DNA of 40,000 nt, from contig CAYWZC010000003.1 in assembly GCA_964462745.1 (NCBI GenBank), positions 1-40,000 of the forward strand, in the 5' to 3' direction. The stretch comes from an uncultured Rhodanobacteraceae bacterium (GTDB taxonomy: Bacteria > Pseudomonadota > Gammaproteobacteria > Xanthomonadales > Rhodanobacteraceae). Within the stretch, counting starts at the first letter, position 1; each line of letters begins with the position of its first letter. Below, piece after piece: positions 31,501-38,743 of the stretch. Under the pieces are notes generated by a model. It worked only from the letters and a program-made list of their open reading frames with translations. It did not search any database and was not told the origin of the DNA. Made by a program: the position numbers and the translations under genes.

Positions 31501-33580
31501 CGAGGGCATGCAGAACTTCGTCAGCGAGTTCGCGGGCGAGGGTCACCAGCTGGAGGTTGCGGGCCGCGCGCTCACTTCCGCGTTCGACCAGGCCGGGCTC
31601 GTGCTGCCGCGCACGCGCGAGGGCATGTGGGCGCTGATGCAGACGCTCGATGCGACCACCGAGGAGGGCCGCGCGCAGATCGCCACGCTGCTGCGCCTCG
31701 CCGATGCATCCGCCGCCTACTACGACATGCTCGACGAGCAGGTGCAGAAGATGGCGGACTACACGCGCCTCGTCGTCGATCTCGCGGCCGAGGCCGGTGG
31801 CGTCGGCAGCATCACGGCGTTCCAGGCGGCCCGCTTCGAGATCGCCGCGTGGGAACGCCAGACGATCGCGCAGGCGAACGAGCTCGCGCGCGCGGCCGGC
31901 CTGCAGGGCGCAAGCGAACAGGATCTCGCGCTGATCCACACGATCGCGGCACGGCGCGTCGCGCAGGCGATCGAGATCCTGCGCGAAGAAACCCAATCGC
32001 TGATCTCGCAGCTCTACGGCGGCGGGGCGGCGAACGATGCCGCCTACGATCTCGGCGACACGATGGTCGATCAGTTCGCGCGCATCGGCGCCGCGGCCGA
32101 CGATCTCTACCAGCGCCAGCTCGCCGGCATCCAGTCGATCAACGATTACCTGGTCAGCATGCAGTTCGGCGACCTGTCCGGCCTGTCGCCCGAGGAACAA
32201 CTCGCGGCCGCGCGCGAGCAGCTGCTGGCGACGCAAGCCGCGGCGCTCGGCGGCGACGCCGATGCGATGCAGGCGCTGCCGCAGATGGCGCAGACGTTCC
32301 TGCAACTCCTGCGCGAGCAGCAGGCCAGCGGCGGCGATTACAACGCGGGCTACGACTGGGTCCGTGACCTGCTCCAGGCCGTCGTCACGCAAGGCCCGAC
32401 CGCGCGGCCGGGCGCGAGCGGCGCGGGCGGCACGCCGATCACGCAGGAATATCTGGATGGGCGCGATGCGCGCATCGTCGCCCAGGACGAGGTGCAGCGC
32501 GCGATCCTCGCGCAGCAGCTGACGCAGCACCTGGGCGATCTCGCGGAGGCGCTCAACACGCCGGTGCTCGAACTTGCTGCATCGATGGGCGTGCCGCTCG
32601 CGCAGCTCGCGACCGATCTCGGCATCAACCTGCAGGAAATCACCAGCGCGAGCGTGACCGCGCTCGCGAACATGGCGACGCAGCTCGGCATCCCGCTCGG
32701 CGAACTCGTCGCCGGGCTGGACCTGCAACTGCCGGACCTCGCCGACGGCATCCGCGAGATGACCGACAGCCTCGGCATCGATCTCACGGCGCTCACCAGC
32801 GAGACCGCCGCGCAGTTGGCAAGCCTCGGTGCGGACCTCGGCGTCAACCTGCGCGACTTGAGCGAGTCGCTCGGCATCGATCTCGGCAAGCTCACGGACG
32901 TCAACTCGCCCATCTTCCAGGCGCTCTCCGACACCGTCGGCGAGATCGGCGGCGACACGAGCACGGAGTTGCAGCCATACCTCGACGCGATCGCCAGCGC
33001 GGCCGGCGACGAGGAGGCGAACGCCGCCGTGAAGGCCCTGCGCGACCACGTCGACGCGCTCGCGCCCGACATCCGCGACGCGCTCGCGCCGTACTTCGAC
33101 GACATCATCCCGACCGGTCCCAGCGACCAGCTCGAGTATCTCCAGACGATGGCCGGCGACACGACATCGATGGCCGCCACGCTCGAGGATGCACGCGACT
33201 ACCTCAGCGCGATCAGCCAGGCGCTGCGCGATGCCAACGGCGCGAACGACGTGCCGGGCTACGCGGTCGGCACCGGCTACGTGCCGGCGACGGGCTTGGC
33301 CATGATCCACGAGGGCGAGGCGATCATCCCCGCGCCGTTCGCCGCGTGGCTGCGCACCAACGGGCTGCCGGTGGCCGGCAACGGCGGCGCGGCGAACGAC
33401 GGCGCGACCGCGGCCGAGGTGCGCGCGCTGCGCAGCGAGGTGGTCGAGCTGCGCCGCGTGCTCGCCGATCGGATCGATCACAACACGAACGCCGCGCGTG
33501 ACGAACACGCCAAGGATCGCATCCAGCAGGAGGACATCGCGCGCCGCGCGCCGCAATCACTCGACCGGAGGTTCGGATGA
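28544..33580 (+). CDS. Tail tape measure protein (1678 aa, GTG start)
   Basis: Very long Ala/Gly/Leu-rich helical protein after the chaperones, with internal LG(I/V)xL repeats. Confidence 0.9.
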   Translation: MADMQLSLQLTADGSGLVGTLRTSSGELKKFSTAAAQVEQQATGSFARSAVSLGAFASIGAEVVGVLGEIARAFPELIARQIEYMAEIGDVSDRLDVSAESLSALASRARIAGVDFGGLTGALDTFAGHAQKAAGGSRENAAAFDAMKISVRDTAGHLKSTDTLLAEAATKLSGYRDGAAKSAIATQLFGSHAGELLPVLNELGTIGIQGVIDKAREMGVVVDTEAVVAAQQLQTQMRVLRERVQGLVTDVATDLLPVLNSLAELMDSGADDASDLDDQSGKLAATLKILAGAGVIIKNVVDGLGLSLVAVAKVSMGVESALVSVFTAPYRAAAALATGGVDAAKAEIAETAATFGELRTTLGDAKAVLTQGWGDAWNDITQGLDKINNAGNGAAAGVGALGDAAEDAGGKPDAPVPQLAGAIDRVGKSARGLDPALADAARRAREAASALDQLRGIGEAVEESNEDLIARIAGADDAQIRYNRTLRDAEKAFQRATANGGNYLSALAQLARATQEAARELALTRAFDALQEFTPEKGPIFHIVDQIDTLKATLADLPELMGDAFDPEVAKKFQQAIDAANTALAIEMIGSYKSLLGAAQTFTREGSDGFRAMQAGMAALSIVQDALALKAAVTAVLTQGQGDPYSAWARMAAMAAAVAPYLASIGQTLSSFGGGGGFGDVAADRQAAQGTGTVLGDAAAKSESIANAVEITADASQQLVGINRGMLDALRAIQTGIGAASGQLARDAGSADFSGSNPLVLDSTNGAAIGAALGTAILPGIGTLVGAVLGYVVGGLLGGSSEITDQGLAISGGPVNDLDVQAYQETSYRTWRFGSTHTDTAMADVSEEFQRQFDLVIASIVDTVREGALALGLLPDEVEAAIAAYRVAEIQISLKDLTAEEQQAELEAVFSQIFDGLAGAVVPWIDQFQMVGEGLGETLVRVATEVMVAQEAFSQLGLSVDESDPERFAQIADSLVQAAGGLDAFIEGMQNFVSEFAGEGHQLEVAGRALTSAFDQAGLVLPRTREGMWALMQTLDATTEEGRAQIATLLRLADASAAYYDMLDEQVQKMADYTRLVVDLAAEAGGVGSITAFQAARFEIAAWERQTIAQANELARAAGLQGASEQDLALIHTIAARRVAQAIEILREETQSLISQLYGGGAANDAAYDLGDTMVDQFARIGAAADDLYQRQLAGIQSINDYLVSMQFGDLSGLSPEEQLAAAREQLLATQAAALGGDADAMQALPQMAQTFLQLLREQQASGGDYNAGYDWVRDLLQAVVTQGPTARPGASGAGGTPITQEYLDGRDARIVAQDEVQRAILAQQLTQHLGDLAEALNTPVLELAASMGVPLAQLATDLGINLQEITSASVTALANMATQLGIPLGELVAGLDLQLPDLADGIREMTDSLGIDLTALTSETAAQLASLGADLGVNLRDLSESLGIDLGKLTDVNSPIFQALSDTVGEIGGDTSTELQPYLDAIASAAGDEEANAAVKALRDHVDALAPDIRDALAPYFDDIIPTGPSDQLEYLQTMAGDTTSMAATLEDARDYLSAISQALRDANGANDVPGYAVGTGYVPATGLAMIHEGEAIIPAPFAAWLRTNGLPVAGNGGAANDGATAAEVRALRSEVVELRRVLADRIDHNTNAARDEHAKDRIQQEDIARRAPQSLDRRFG

Positions 33581-33765
33581 CGGACGCACTGTCTGCACCA
33601 ACCGGCCGTGCGCCGCGCGTGATGTCTGCCGCCGAGCGCGAGCGGATGCGCACTGCGTTCCGACACTTGGCCGAAGACGAGGCGGCGCTGCGCGCAGGCC
33701 GTCGCCCCGGCGAACACCGTGAAGAGGTCATCGTGCATGACCAACCAGGTGGGAGGTTTGGCTGA
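33577..33765 (+). CDS. Hypothetical small protein (62 aa)
   Basis: ATGA overlap with the tape measure stop. Confidence 0.3.
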   Translation: MTDALSAPTGRAPRVMSAAERERMRTAFRHLAEDEAALRAGRRPGEHREEVIVHDQPGGRFG

Positions 33766-33956
33766 TGGCGCTTGTGCAGATCGACGTGAGCTGCGAGGAC
33801 GATGCGGCCATTCGCGTCAGCGACAACATGGAGACCTGCACGCTGGTCATCAAGTCGCCGCGTTTCGCCATCGAGGTCGAGGTAAGCCGCGACCAGCTGG
33901 AGGCGATCGCGGCGGAGATTCAGCCGTACCTGACACCAATCGTGGAGGGCATGTAG
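33765..33956 (+). CDS. Hypothetical small protein (63 aa)
   Basis: Tracked ORF, packed, with an acidic globular composition. Confidence 0.4.
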   Translation: MALVQIDVSCEDDAAIRVSDNMETCTLVIKSPRFAIEVEVSRDQLEAIAAEIQPYLTPIVEGM

Positions 33957-36595
33957 TGACCGACGCGAAGCGCCGCATCCTGCTCGCCGAGTTCGCGCCG
34001 CTGAAGCCGAGCTTGCCTACGTTCTGCACGTGGAACCCGGCGGACAAGCACGCGGATGTCGCTTTGTCCAACAGCAACCTGACCGCGACCAAGAGCACGG
34101 TGCATGCGACCAACTGGGCCTGCGTGCGCGGCACGATCCCGATGCGCGTGGGGCAGTGGTATTGGGAGACGACGTACAACTACACGGGCACGGCCGATCT
34201 GGTCGCTGGGATTGCGACGCCAGCCCACCAGTTGAGTTGGCAGCCGGGAAATGTGCAGCCATCCGCGATCACGTCGATCGGAGGGCCGCTGAAGAATGGC
34301 GACTGCCTCATGGACAAGAGCTTGCTCGTGAACGTCGGCGCTGTACCATCGGGCGGTGTTGTGCGGCACTGGCTGGATATGGATGCGGCGATCTACCGCG
34401 TCGCCAACGGCGCGGGTCCGTGGACTGTCGTTCACGCCGACGATGCGATCAACACCATCCGACGATTCGACGACTGGTATCCGATTGCTGGGTTCGTGCG
34501 TCCTCTGGGAGAGACGGTCAGCATGACCGCAAACTTCGGCGCGTCTCCCTTCGCCTACGACCCGCCCGCCAGCGCATCGCACGGCCTCTACACGCTGCCC
34601 GACCCGACGACGCAAGCGATCTACCTCGGCAGCGAGGGCTTCAACACCGAAGCCACCGATACGCCGGCGTCGACGCACTACATGGGCCGAATCGCCGGCG
34701 ACCAGGACGTCGAGATCACGCGCGAGGGATCGTGCTTCGTGTGGGGCAACCAGGTTTCGGCGCGCGGCGGGCAGGTGTCCGTGGTCAATATCGACGGCGC
34801 GCTCGACGAGTGGCTGCAATGGGAGTGGCGCGACACGCCTTACACGCTGCTCTCGGGTTACGAAGGCGATGCGCGCGATGACTTCACCACGTGGTCGAAG
34901 GGTGTCGTCGACCGCATCGTTGCCACACCGCAGCGGCGCCTGCAAATCCTGCTCGCGGATCCGCTCGTGCTGCTCGATCGGCCGGTTCAGACCGCGGTGT
35001 ATCCCGACGACCAGGCGAACGCGCAGGCGCGCGGACAGCCGAAGCCGATCACACTCGGGCGGCCGCTCTACTGCGAGGGCGTGCTGCTCGATACCAACCC
35101 GGCCGCGCGGGACTATGACCTCCACGACGGCTGGCTCGATGCGATCGGCGCGGTCGGCCAGTACCTGACCGAAATCACGACAATCTACGATCGCGGCGAT
35201 GCGTTCAGCGGGCCGGATGATGCCTACACCGCGTCGAGTCCGATCACGGGCGCGAACGGCGGTGATTTCTCGTCGTGGGCAGGCACGCCAAATGTGCCTG
35301 CAGGATGGACTGCGCTCACAGAATTCGGGGCCAGCAACGATCGGTTCGTGAATGTCCTGAACGCCGCTCGGTGTCAGTCGGGCGGCGCGATGCAATGCGC
35401 CATGCGGCACTCGCAGACGGTCGCGGTCGGTCGCTACGAGATCACGTTCACGGTTATCAACGCGGCCGGTCCCGGCACGATTTACTTCTCGGTCGGCAAT
35501 GCGATCGTCGGCGTGGATGTGGTCGGAACTGGTGCGCAGAGCGTATTCCTCGACGTGTACCAGACCGGCCACGCGACGACGATGGCGATCGGTCCGCGGC
35601 TCGGGCAGCCCGGTTCGACGCTCGATATCCGCATCGACACGCTCCGCATGGACAGCGTGCACGTCGTCGATTGGACGTACGAGACCGACAGCAAGCATGC
35701 GGTGGGCTTCCACCTCGCGAACACGCCGGCCGGCCGCATCGTCGCGAACCCGGTGGGGCCGGAGATCACGGTCGGCGCCGATACGTCGGTCGCCGAGTAT
35801 CCGCGGCAACTGGTGTCGTGGCTCGCCCAACGCTGGTGGAACCTGCGGGGTGGCAGCGGCGGCGTCGATTTCGACGTGACGACCTTGGGCGCGATCGACG
35901 CGGCCGCGCACTACCGGATGGCGACGTATCTGCGCACGCCGACGACGATGCTGCAACTGTTGCGGCAGATCATGGACAGCCTGTGCGGGTGGGCAAGCCC
36001 CGGCCTCGACGGTCTCGTTCGCTTCGGCCTGGTCGGTGAGCCGGATCCCGCATTGAGCGAACTCACGCTGGACGAGAGCAACATCGTCGGCGACATCGTG
36101 CTGTCGATCGACGCCGCGAAGGGACTCACGCAGCGGATCAGCGGGCGGCGCAACCATTCCGTGCATAGCGACGGCGACCTGGTCGCTGGCATCGATCCCG
36201 ACCTGAAAGCCGAGCTGACCACCGAGTGGCTCACGACCGCGAGCGGCGCGCAGGCAGTCGAGGATTCCGGCCTGCCAGTCAGCGCGATCTATGCCGCTGC
36301 CGCGAACGCGGAGGCGCAGCCGACGCTGCTGCAAGACCCGGCCGACATCCAGGCGCTGGCGAATCGCGTATGCACCATCTGGCGCCAGCAGCGCATGTTC
36401 TATGACCTCACTGCGCTCTGCTACCGCGACGCGGCAGACGAACTGGAGCCGGGCGACGTGGTGTTCCTCAAATGGCCGCGGATCGAGGGGCTGGAGGACG
36501 GCATCTACCTGCGCGTGGTGAGCGTGCGATCGCGCTTCTTCAGCCGGCGCGTCGACCTGCGCTTGTGGGGCCGCGCACCCGGGAGCATCCAATGA
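33956..36595 (+). CDS. Tail tip/host-specificity protein with N-terminal SPRY-like domain (879 aa, GTG start)
   Basis: GTG 33956 overlaps the upstream TAG by 1 nt. SPRY hallmarks: WNPADKHADVALSNSNL, GQWYWET, NFGASPFAYDPP. Large beta-rich remainder after the tape measure. Confidence 0.6.
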   Translation: MTDAKRRILLAEFAPLKPSLPTFCTWNPADKHADVALSNSNLTATKSTVHATNWACVRGTIPMRVGQWYWETTYNYTGTADLVAGIATPAHQLSWQPGNVQPSAITSIGGPLKNGDCLMDKSLLVNVGAVPSGGVVRHWLDMDAAIYRVANGAGPWTVVHADDAINTIRRFDDWYPIAGFVRPLGETVSMTANFGASPFAYDPPASASHGLYTLPDPTTQAIYLGSEGFNTEATDTPASTHYMGRIAGDQDVEITREGSCFVWGNQVSARGGQVSVVNIDGALDEWLQWEWRDTPYTLLSGYEGDARDDFTTWSKGVVDRIVATPQRRLQILLADPLVLLDRPVQTAVYPDDQANAQARGQPKPITLGRPLYCEGVLLDTNPAARDYDLHDGWLDAIGAVGQYLTEITTIYDRGDAFSGPDDAYTASSPITGANGGDFSSWAGTPNVPAGWTALTEFGASNDRFVNVLNAARCQSGGAMQCAMRHSQTVAVGRYEITFTVINAAGPGTIYFSVGNAIVGVDVVGTGAQSVFLDVYQTGHATTMAIGPRLGQPGSTLDIRIDTLRMDSVHVVDWTYETDSKHAVGFHLANTPAGRIVANPVGPEITVGADTSVAEYPRQLVSWLAQRWWNLRGGSGGVDFDVTTLGAIDAAAHYRMATYLRTPTTMLQLLRQIMDSLCGWASPGLDGLVRFGLVGEPDPALSELTLDESNIVGDIVLSIDAAKGLTQRISGRRNHSVHSDGDLVAGIDPDLKAELTTEWLTTASGAQAVEDSGLPVSAIYAAAANAEAQPTLLQDPADIQALANRVCTIWRQQRMFYDLTALCYRDAADELEPGDVVFLKWPRIEGLEDGIYLRVVSVRSRFFSRRVDLRLWGRAPGSIQ

Positions 36596-37449
36596 GCGCA
36601 CTCATCGCATACCGCAACCTCGCCGACGCCGCCACGTTCACCGCCGGCGCGGCGCTGTCAGGTTATCCGTTGGCGAACATGCAGACGCGTCAACTCGCGC
36701 AGGTCGCGCGGCTCAACAGTGGATTCGGCGGCGGTACGTTCGCGCTTGATCTCGGATCGCTCCAGACGGTGCGTCTCGTCGCGCTGCTCGGCATCAATCC
36801 GACCGGCATTCCACCTGCCCCGCCGACCTACTGGATGGACGTGCTGGTCGAGTATTCCGCGAACGGCACGGACTTCTCGACCGCATGGTCGCAGGCACCA
36901 CTCGACACCGGCGCACCGGACCTGCCGTACAACATCATCGTGCCGGTCGGCGAGAGTTCGACGCAGCGCAGCTTTCAAGCGCGCTACTTGCGCATCTCTC
37001 CGGGATGGAACACGCCTGCCGGCGTGACGTACTTCGAAATCGGCCGGTTATGGATTGGCGACACGATCGAAATCCCGAACGGATGCGATGGCGGCTGGAG
37101 CCTCGCCGGTCGCGACCCGGGCGGCCTCGACGAGAGTGCCGGCCTGCAAATCTACGCCGACCGGCGCGCGCGAGGTCGCGTGCTCTCGATGCCGGTGTCC
37201 GGCGTGTCCACGGATATCGCGTTCGGGTTCGACGACGAGGATTCGAGCGCGACGTACCAGCCGAGCCTCGACGACCTCGTCAACTATGCCGGTGCCACCG
37301 GCGAGGTGATCGCGATACCGCGCGCGAACTCGCCGATCTGGACCCGCCGCACCGGCATCTACGGTCACCTCACGCCCGACAGCCTGCGCATTCGGCACAT
37401 GTCGGGCCCGAAGTACGCGATGGACCTGACTGTGATCGAGGAACGCTGA
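36592..37449 (+). CDS. Tail tip-associated protein (285 aa)
   Basis: ATG 36592 makes an ATGA overlap. Call is by position only. Confidence 0.45.
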   Translation: MSALIAYRNLADAATFTAGAALSGYPLANMQTRQLAQVARLNSGFGGGTFALDLGSLQTVRLVALLGINPTGIPPAPPTYWMDVLVEYSANGTDFSTAWSQAPLDTGAPDLPYNIIVPVGESSTQRSFQARYLRISPGWNTPAGVTYFEIGRLWIGDTIEIPNGCDGGWSLAGRDPGGLDESAGLQIYADRRARGRVLSMPVSGVSTDIAFGFDDEDSSATYQPSLDDLVNYAGATGEVIAIPRANSPIWTRRTGIYGHLTPDSLRIRHMSGPKYAMDLTVIEER

Positions 37450-37571
37450 TGCACGGCGCAGAGGATTTGTACTGGGTGGTGGCCGCGGCCTATTGGCTGC
37501 CGCGCGTCCTGGTCGGCCTGGTGATTGCCGGCGTGGCCTGTCTCGCCTGGAGGTGGTGCACGCGGAAATAA
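37449..37571 (+). CDS. Small membrane protein (40 aa)
   Basis: ATG 37449 overlaps the upstream TGA. TM VVAAAYWLPRVLVGLVIAGVACLAW. Confidence 0.3.
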   Translation: MHGAEDLYWVVAAAYWLPRVLVGLVIAGVACLAWRWCTRK

Positions 37572-37697
37572 GGGGAGCGGCCGGCCGGCGCTGGAACGTC
37601 GGCCGACCCTCCGAGACACGGGAACGGAGCCCGTGAGCCCAGAGCAAGGCTCCCCGCCGCGACGTCGCAGCCGGGTCAGCCTACAACGAAAGGAGGC

Positions 37698-38462
37698 ATG
37701 ATGGCTCGCCCGATCATCCCGTGGCCCGGCGGAAAGCGCCGGCTGCTGAAGCACCTGCTCTCTGACATCCCGGAACACCGAACCTACTGCGAAGTGTTCG
37801 CAGGCGGCGCGGCACTGCTATTGGCCAAGGATCCCAGCGGGGCCGAGGTGCTCAATGATCTCGATGGAGAGCTGGTTCGGCTGTATCGCTGCGTGCAGCA
37901 CCACCTCGATGAACTCGTGCGGCAATTCCGCTGGGCGCTCACCAGCCGCGAGATGTTCGAGTGGGCCAAGCTGCAGGAGCCGGAGACGCTCACCGACATC
38001 CAGCGCGCGGCGCGCTACTACTACCTCCAGAAGCTCTGCTTCGGTGCCAAGGTCACCAGCCGCACGTTCGGCACCAGCCCAACCGGGCCGGCCAGGCTGA
38101 ACCTCCTGCGCATGGAAGAGGACCTCAGTCAGGCGCACCTTCGGCTGGCACGTGTCACGATCGAGTGCCTGCCCTGGCAGACATGCATCGAGCGCTACGA
38201 CCGGGGCGGGACGTTGTTCTTCCTGGACCCGCCGTACTGGGCGACGGCCGGCTATGGTCGGCCGTTCGGCATGGACCAGTACGAGGCGCTCGCAGCCTCG
38301 ATGCGCGCGATGAAGGGCAAGGCGGTCCTGACGATCAACGACCACCCGGCGATGCGCGAGGCGTTCGCGGGGTTTCGGATGGAGCGGGTCGGGATCAGCT
38401 ACACGGTCGGCGGCAGCCACCGGCCGAAGGAGTCGGCCGAGCTGATCTACCGGACGTGGTGA
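37698..38462 (+). CDS. dam: Dam-family (D12 class) N6-adenine DNA methyltransferase, orphan (254 aa)
   Basis: WPGGKRRLL and EVFAGGAALLL (AdoMet binding) plus the catalytic FFLDPPY. Strong SD AAAGGAGG. No adjacent endonuclease gene. Last gene before the prophage end. Confidence 0.85.
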   Translation: MMARPIIPWPGGKRRLLKHLLSDIPEHRTYCEVFAGGAALLLAKDPSGAEVLNDLDGELVRLYRCVQHHLDELVRQFRWALTSREMFEWAKLQEPETLTDIQRAARYYYLQKLCFGAKVTSRTFGTSPTGPARLNLLRMEEDLSQAHLRLARVTIECLPWQTCIERYDRGGTLFFLDPPYWATAGYGRPFGMDQYEALAASMRAMKGKAVLTINDHPAMREAFAGFRMERVGISYTVGGSHRPKESAELIYRTW

Positions 38463-38479
38463 GAGAGTGGCTTCGACGT

Positions 38480-38577
38480 GGTAACTTTCGCTACGCGGCA
38501 TTTTGTTTCGCGTGGCGAAAACTTCGCGCGTAGCAATTATCTCGCTCTTTCGCCCTCAATTATCGCGCGCCGCATCA
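38480..38577. repeat. Prophage right end (attR) with reiterated transposase-binding-type motifs
   Basis: The complement of the terminus, TGATGCGGCGCGCGATAATTGAGGGCGAAAG, resembles Mu R1 TGAAGCGGCGCACGAAAAACGCGAAAG as remembered. TTTCGC/GCGAAA motifs recur at 38486, 38506, 38514 and 38548. The end is ...CA at 38576-38577. Confidence 0.6.
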
Positions 38578-38623
38578 ACGGGAGACGGGAGACGGGAGAC
38601 GGGAGACGGGAGACGGGAGACGG
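38578..38623. repeat. Tandem heptanucleotide repeat (ACGGGAG) x6 plus partial ACGG
   Basis: Six perfect units counted directly from 38578 to 38619. Begins at the first base after the prophage terminal CA. Confidence 0.9.
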
Positions 38624-38743
38624 AAAAGCATAACGGGTTCCGGGGTGCTCTTCCCGCTTCCCGACGCCCCCCAACCAAGGTCACTGTGCGCGCAGGCGCG
38701 GGCACTGCACAATGATCGCTTGCCGTTGACTGGAGTGAAGCCG

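Larger units (their letters stand above)
1..38577. mobile_element. Mu-like transposable prophage with siphovirus-type tail; right ~38.6 kb including the right end, left end outside the window
   Basis: Contains DDE transposase, MuB-like AAA+ ATPase, Ner-like HTH proteins, Gam-like protein, Mu gp27/gp28-like terminase and Mu F-like head protein. Terminal sequence resembles the Mu R1 end and finishes in CA at 38577, followed by an unrelated host gene. Confidence 0.8.

Noticed and set aside
27533-36601. Very long minus-strand ORFs 27533-30169, 30401-33556 and 33920-36601, opposite the tape measure and tail-tip genes.
   Set aside because: Same shadow-ORF composition. The plus-strand genes are translationally coupled and fit the canonical tail-module order.
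1-38577. Searched for an integrase, a tRNA attachment site, and sheath or baseplate genes.
   Set aside because: None was found. The element ends in Mu-type transposase sites next to an ordinary protein-coding gene, and the tail module lacks a sheath. It is therefore a transposable siphovirus-type prophage, not an integrase-type or myovirus-type one.
38578-38623. Possibility that the short tandem repeat is a CRISPR array.
   Set aside because: The units are 7 bp and contiguous with no spacers. No cas genes are present and no repeat has CRISPR length.
38503-38715. ORF 38503-38715 (70 aa) containing a GDGRRETGDGRRET repeat.
   Set aside because: It is simply the translation of the non-coding heptamer microsatellite and the prophage end. 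It has no SD and spans the phage-host junction.
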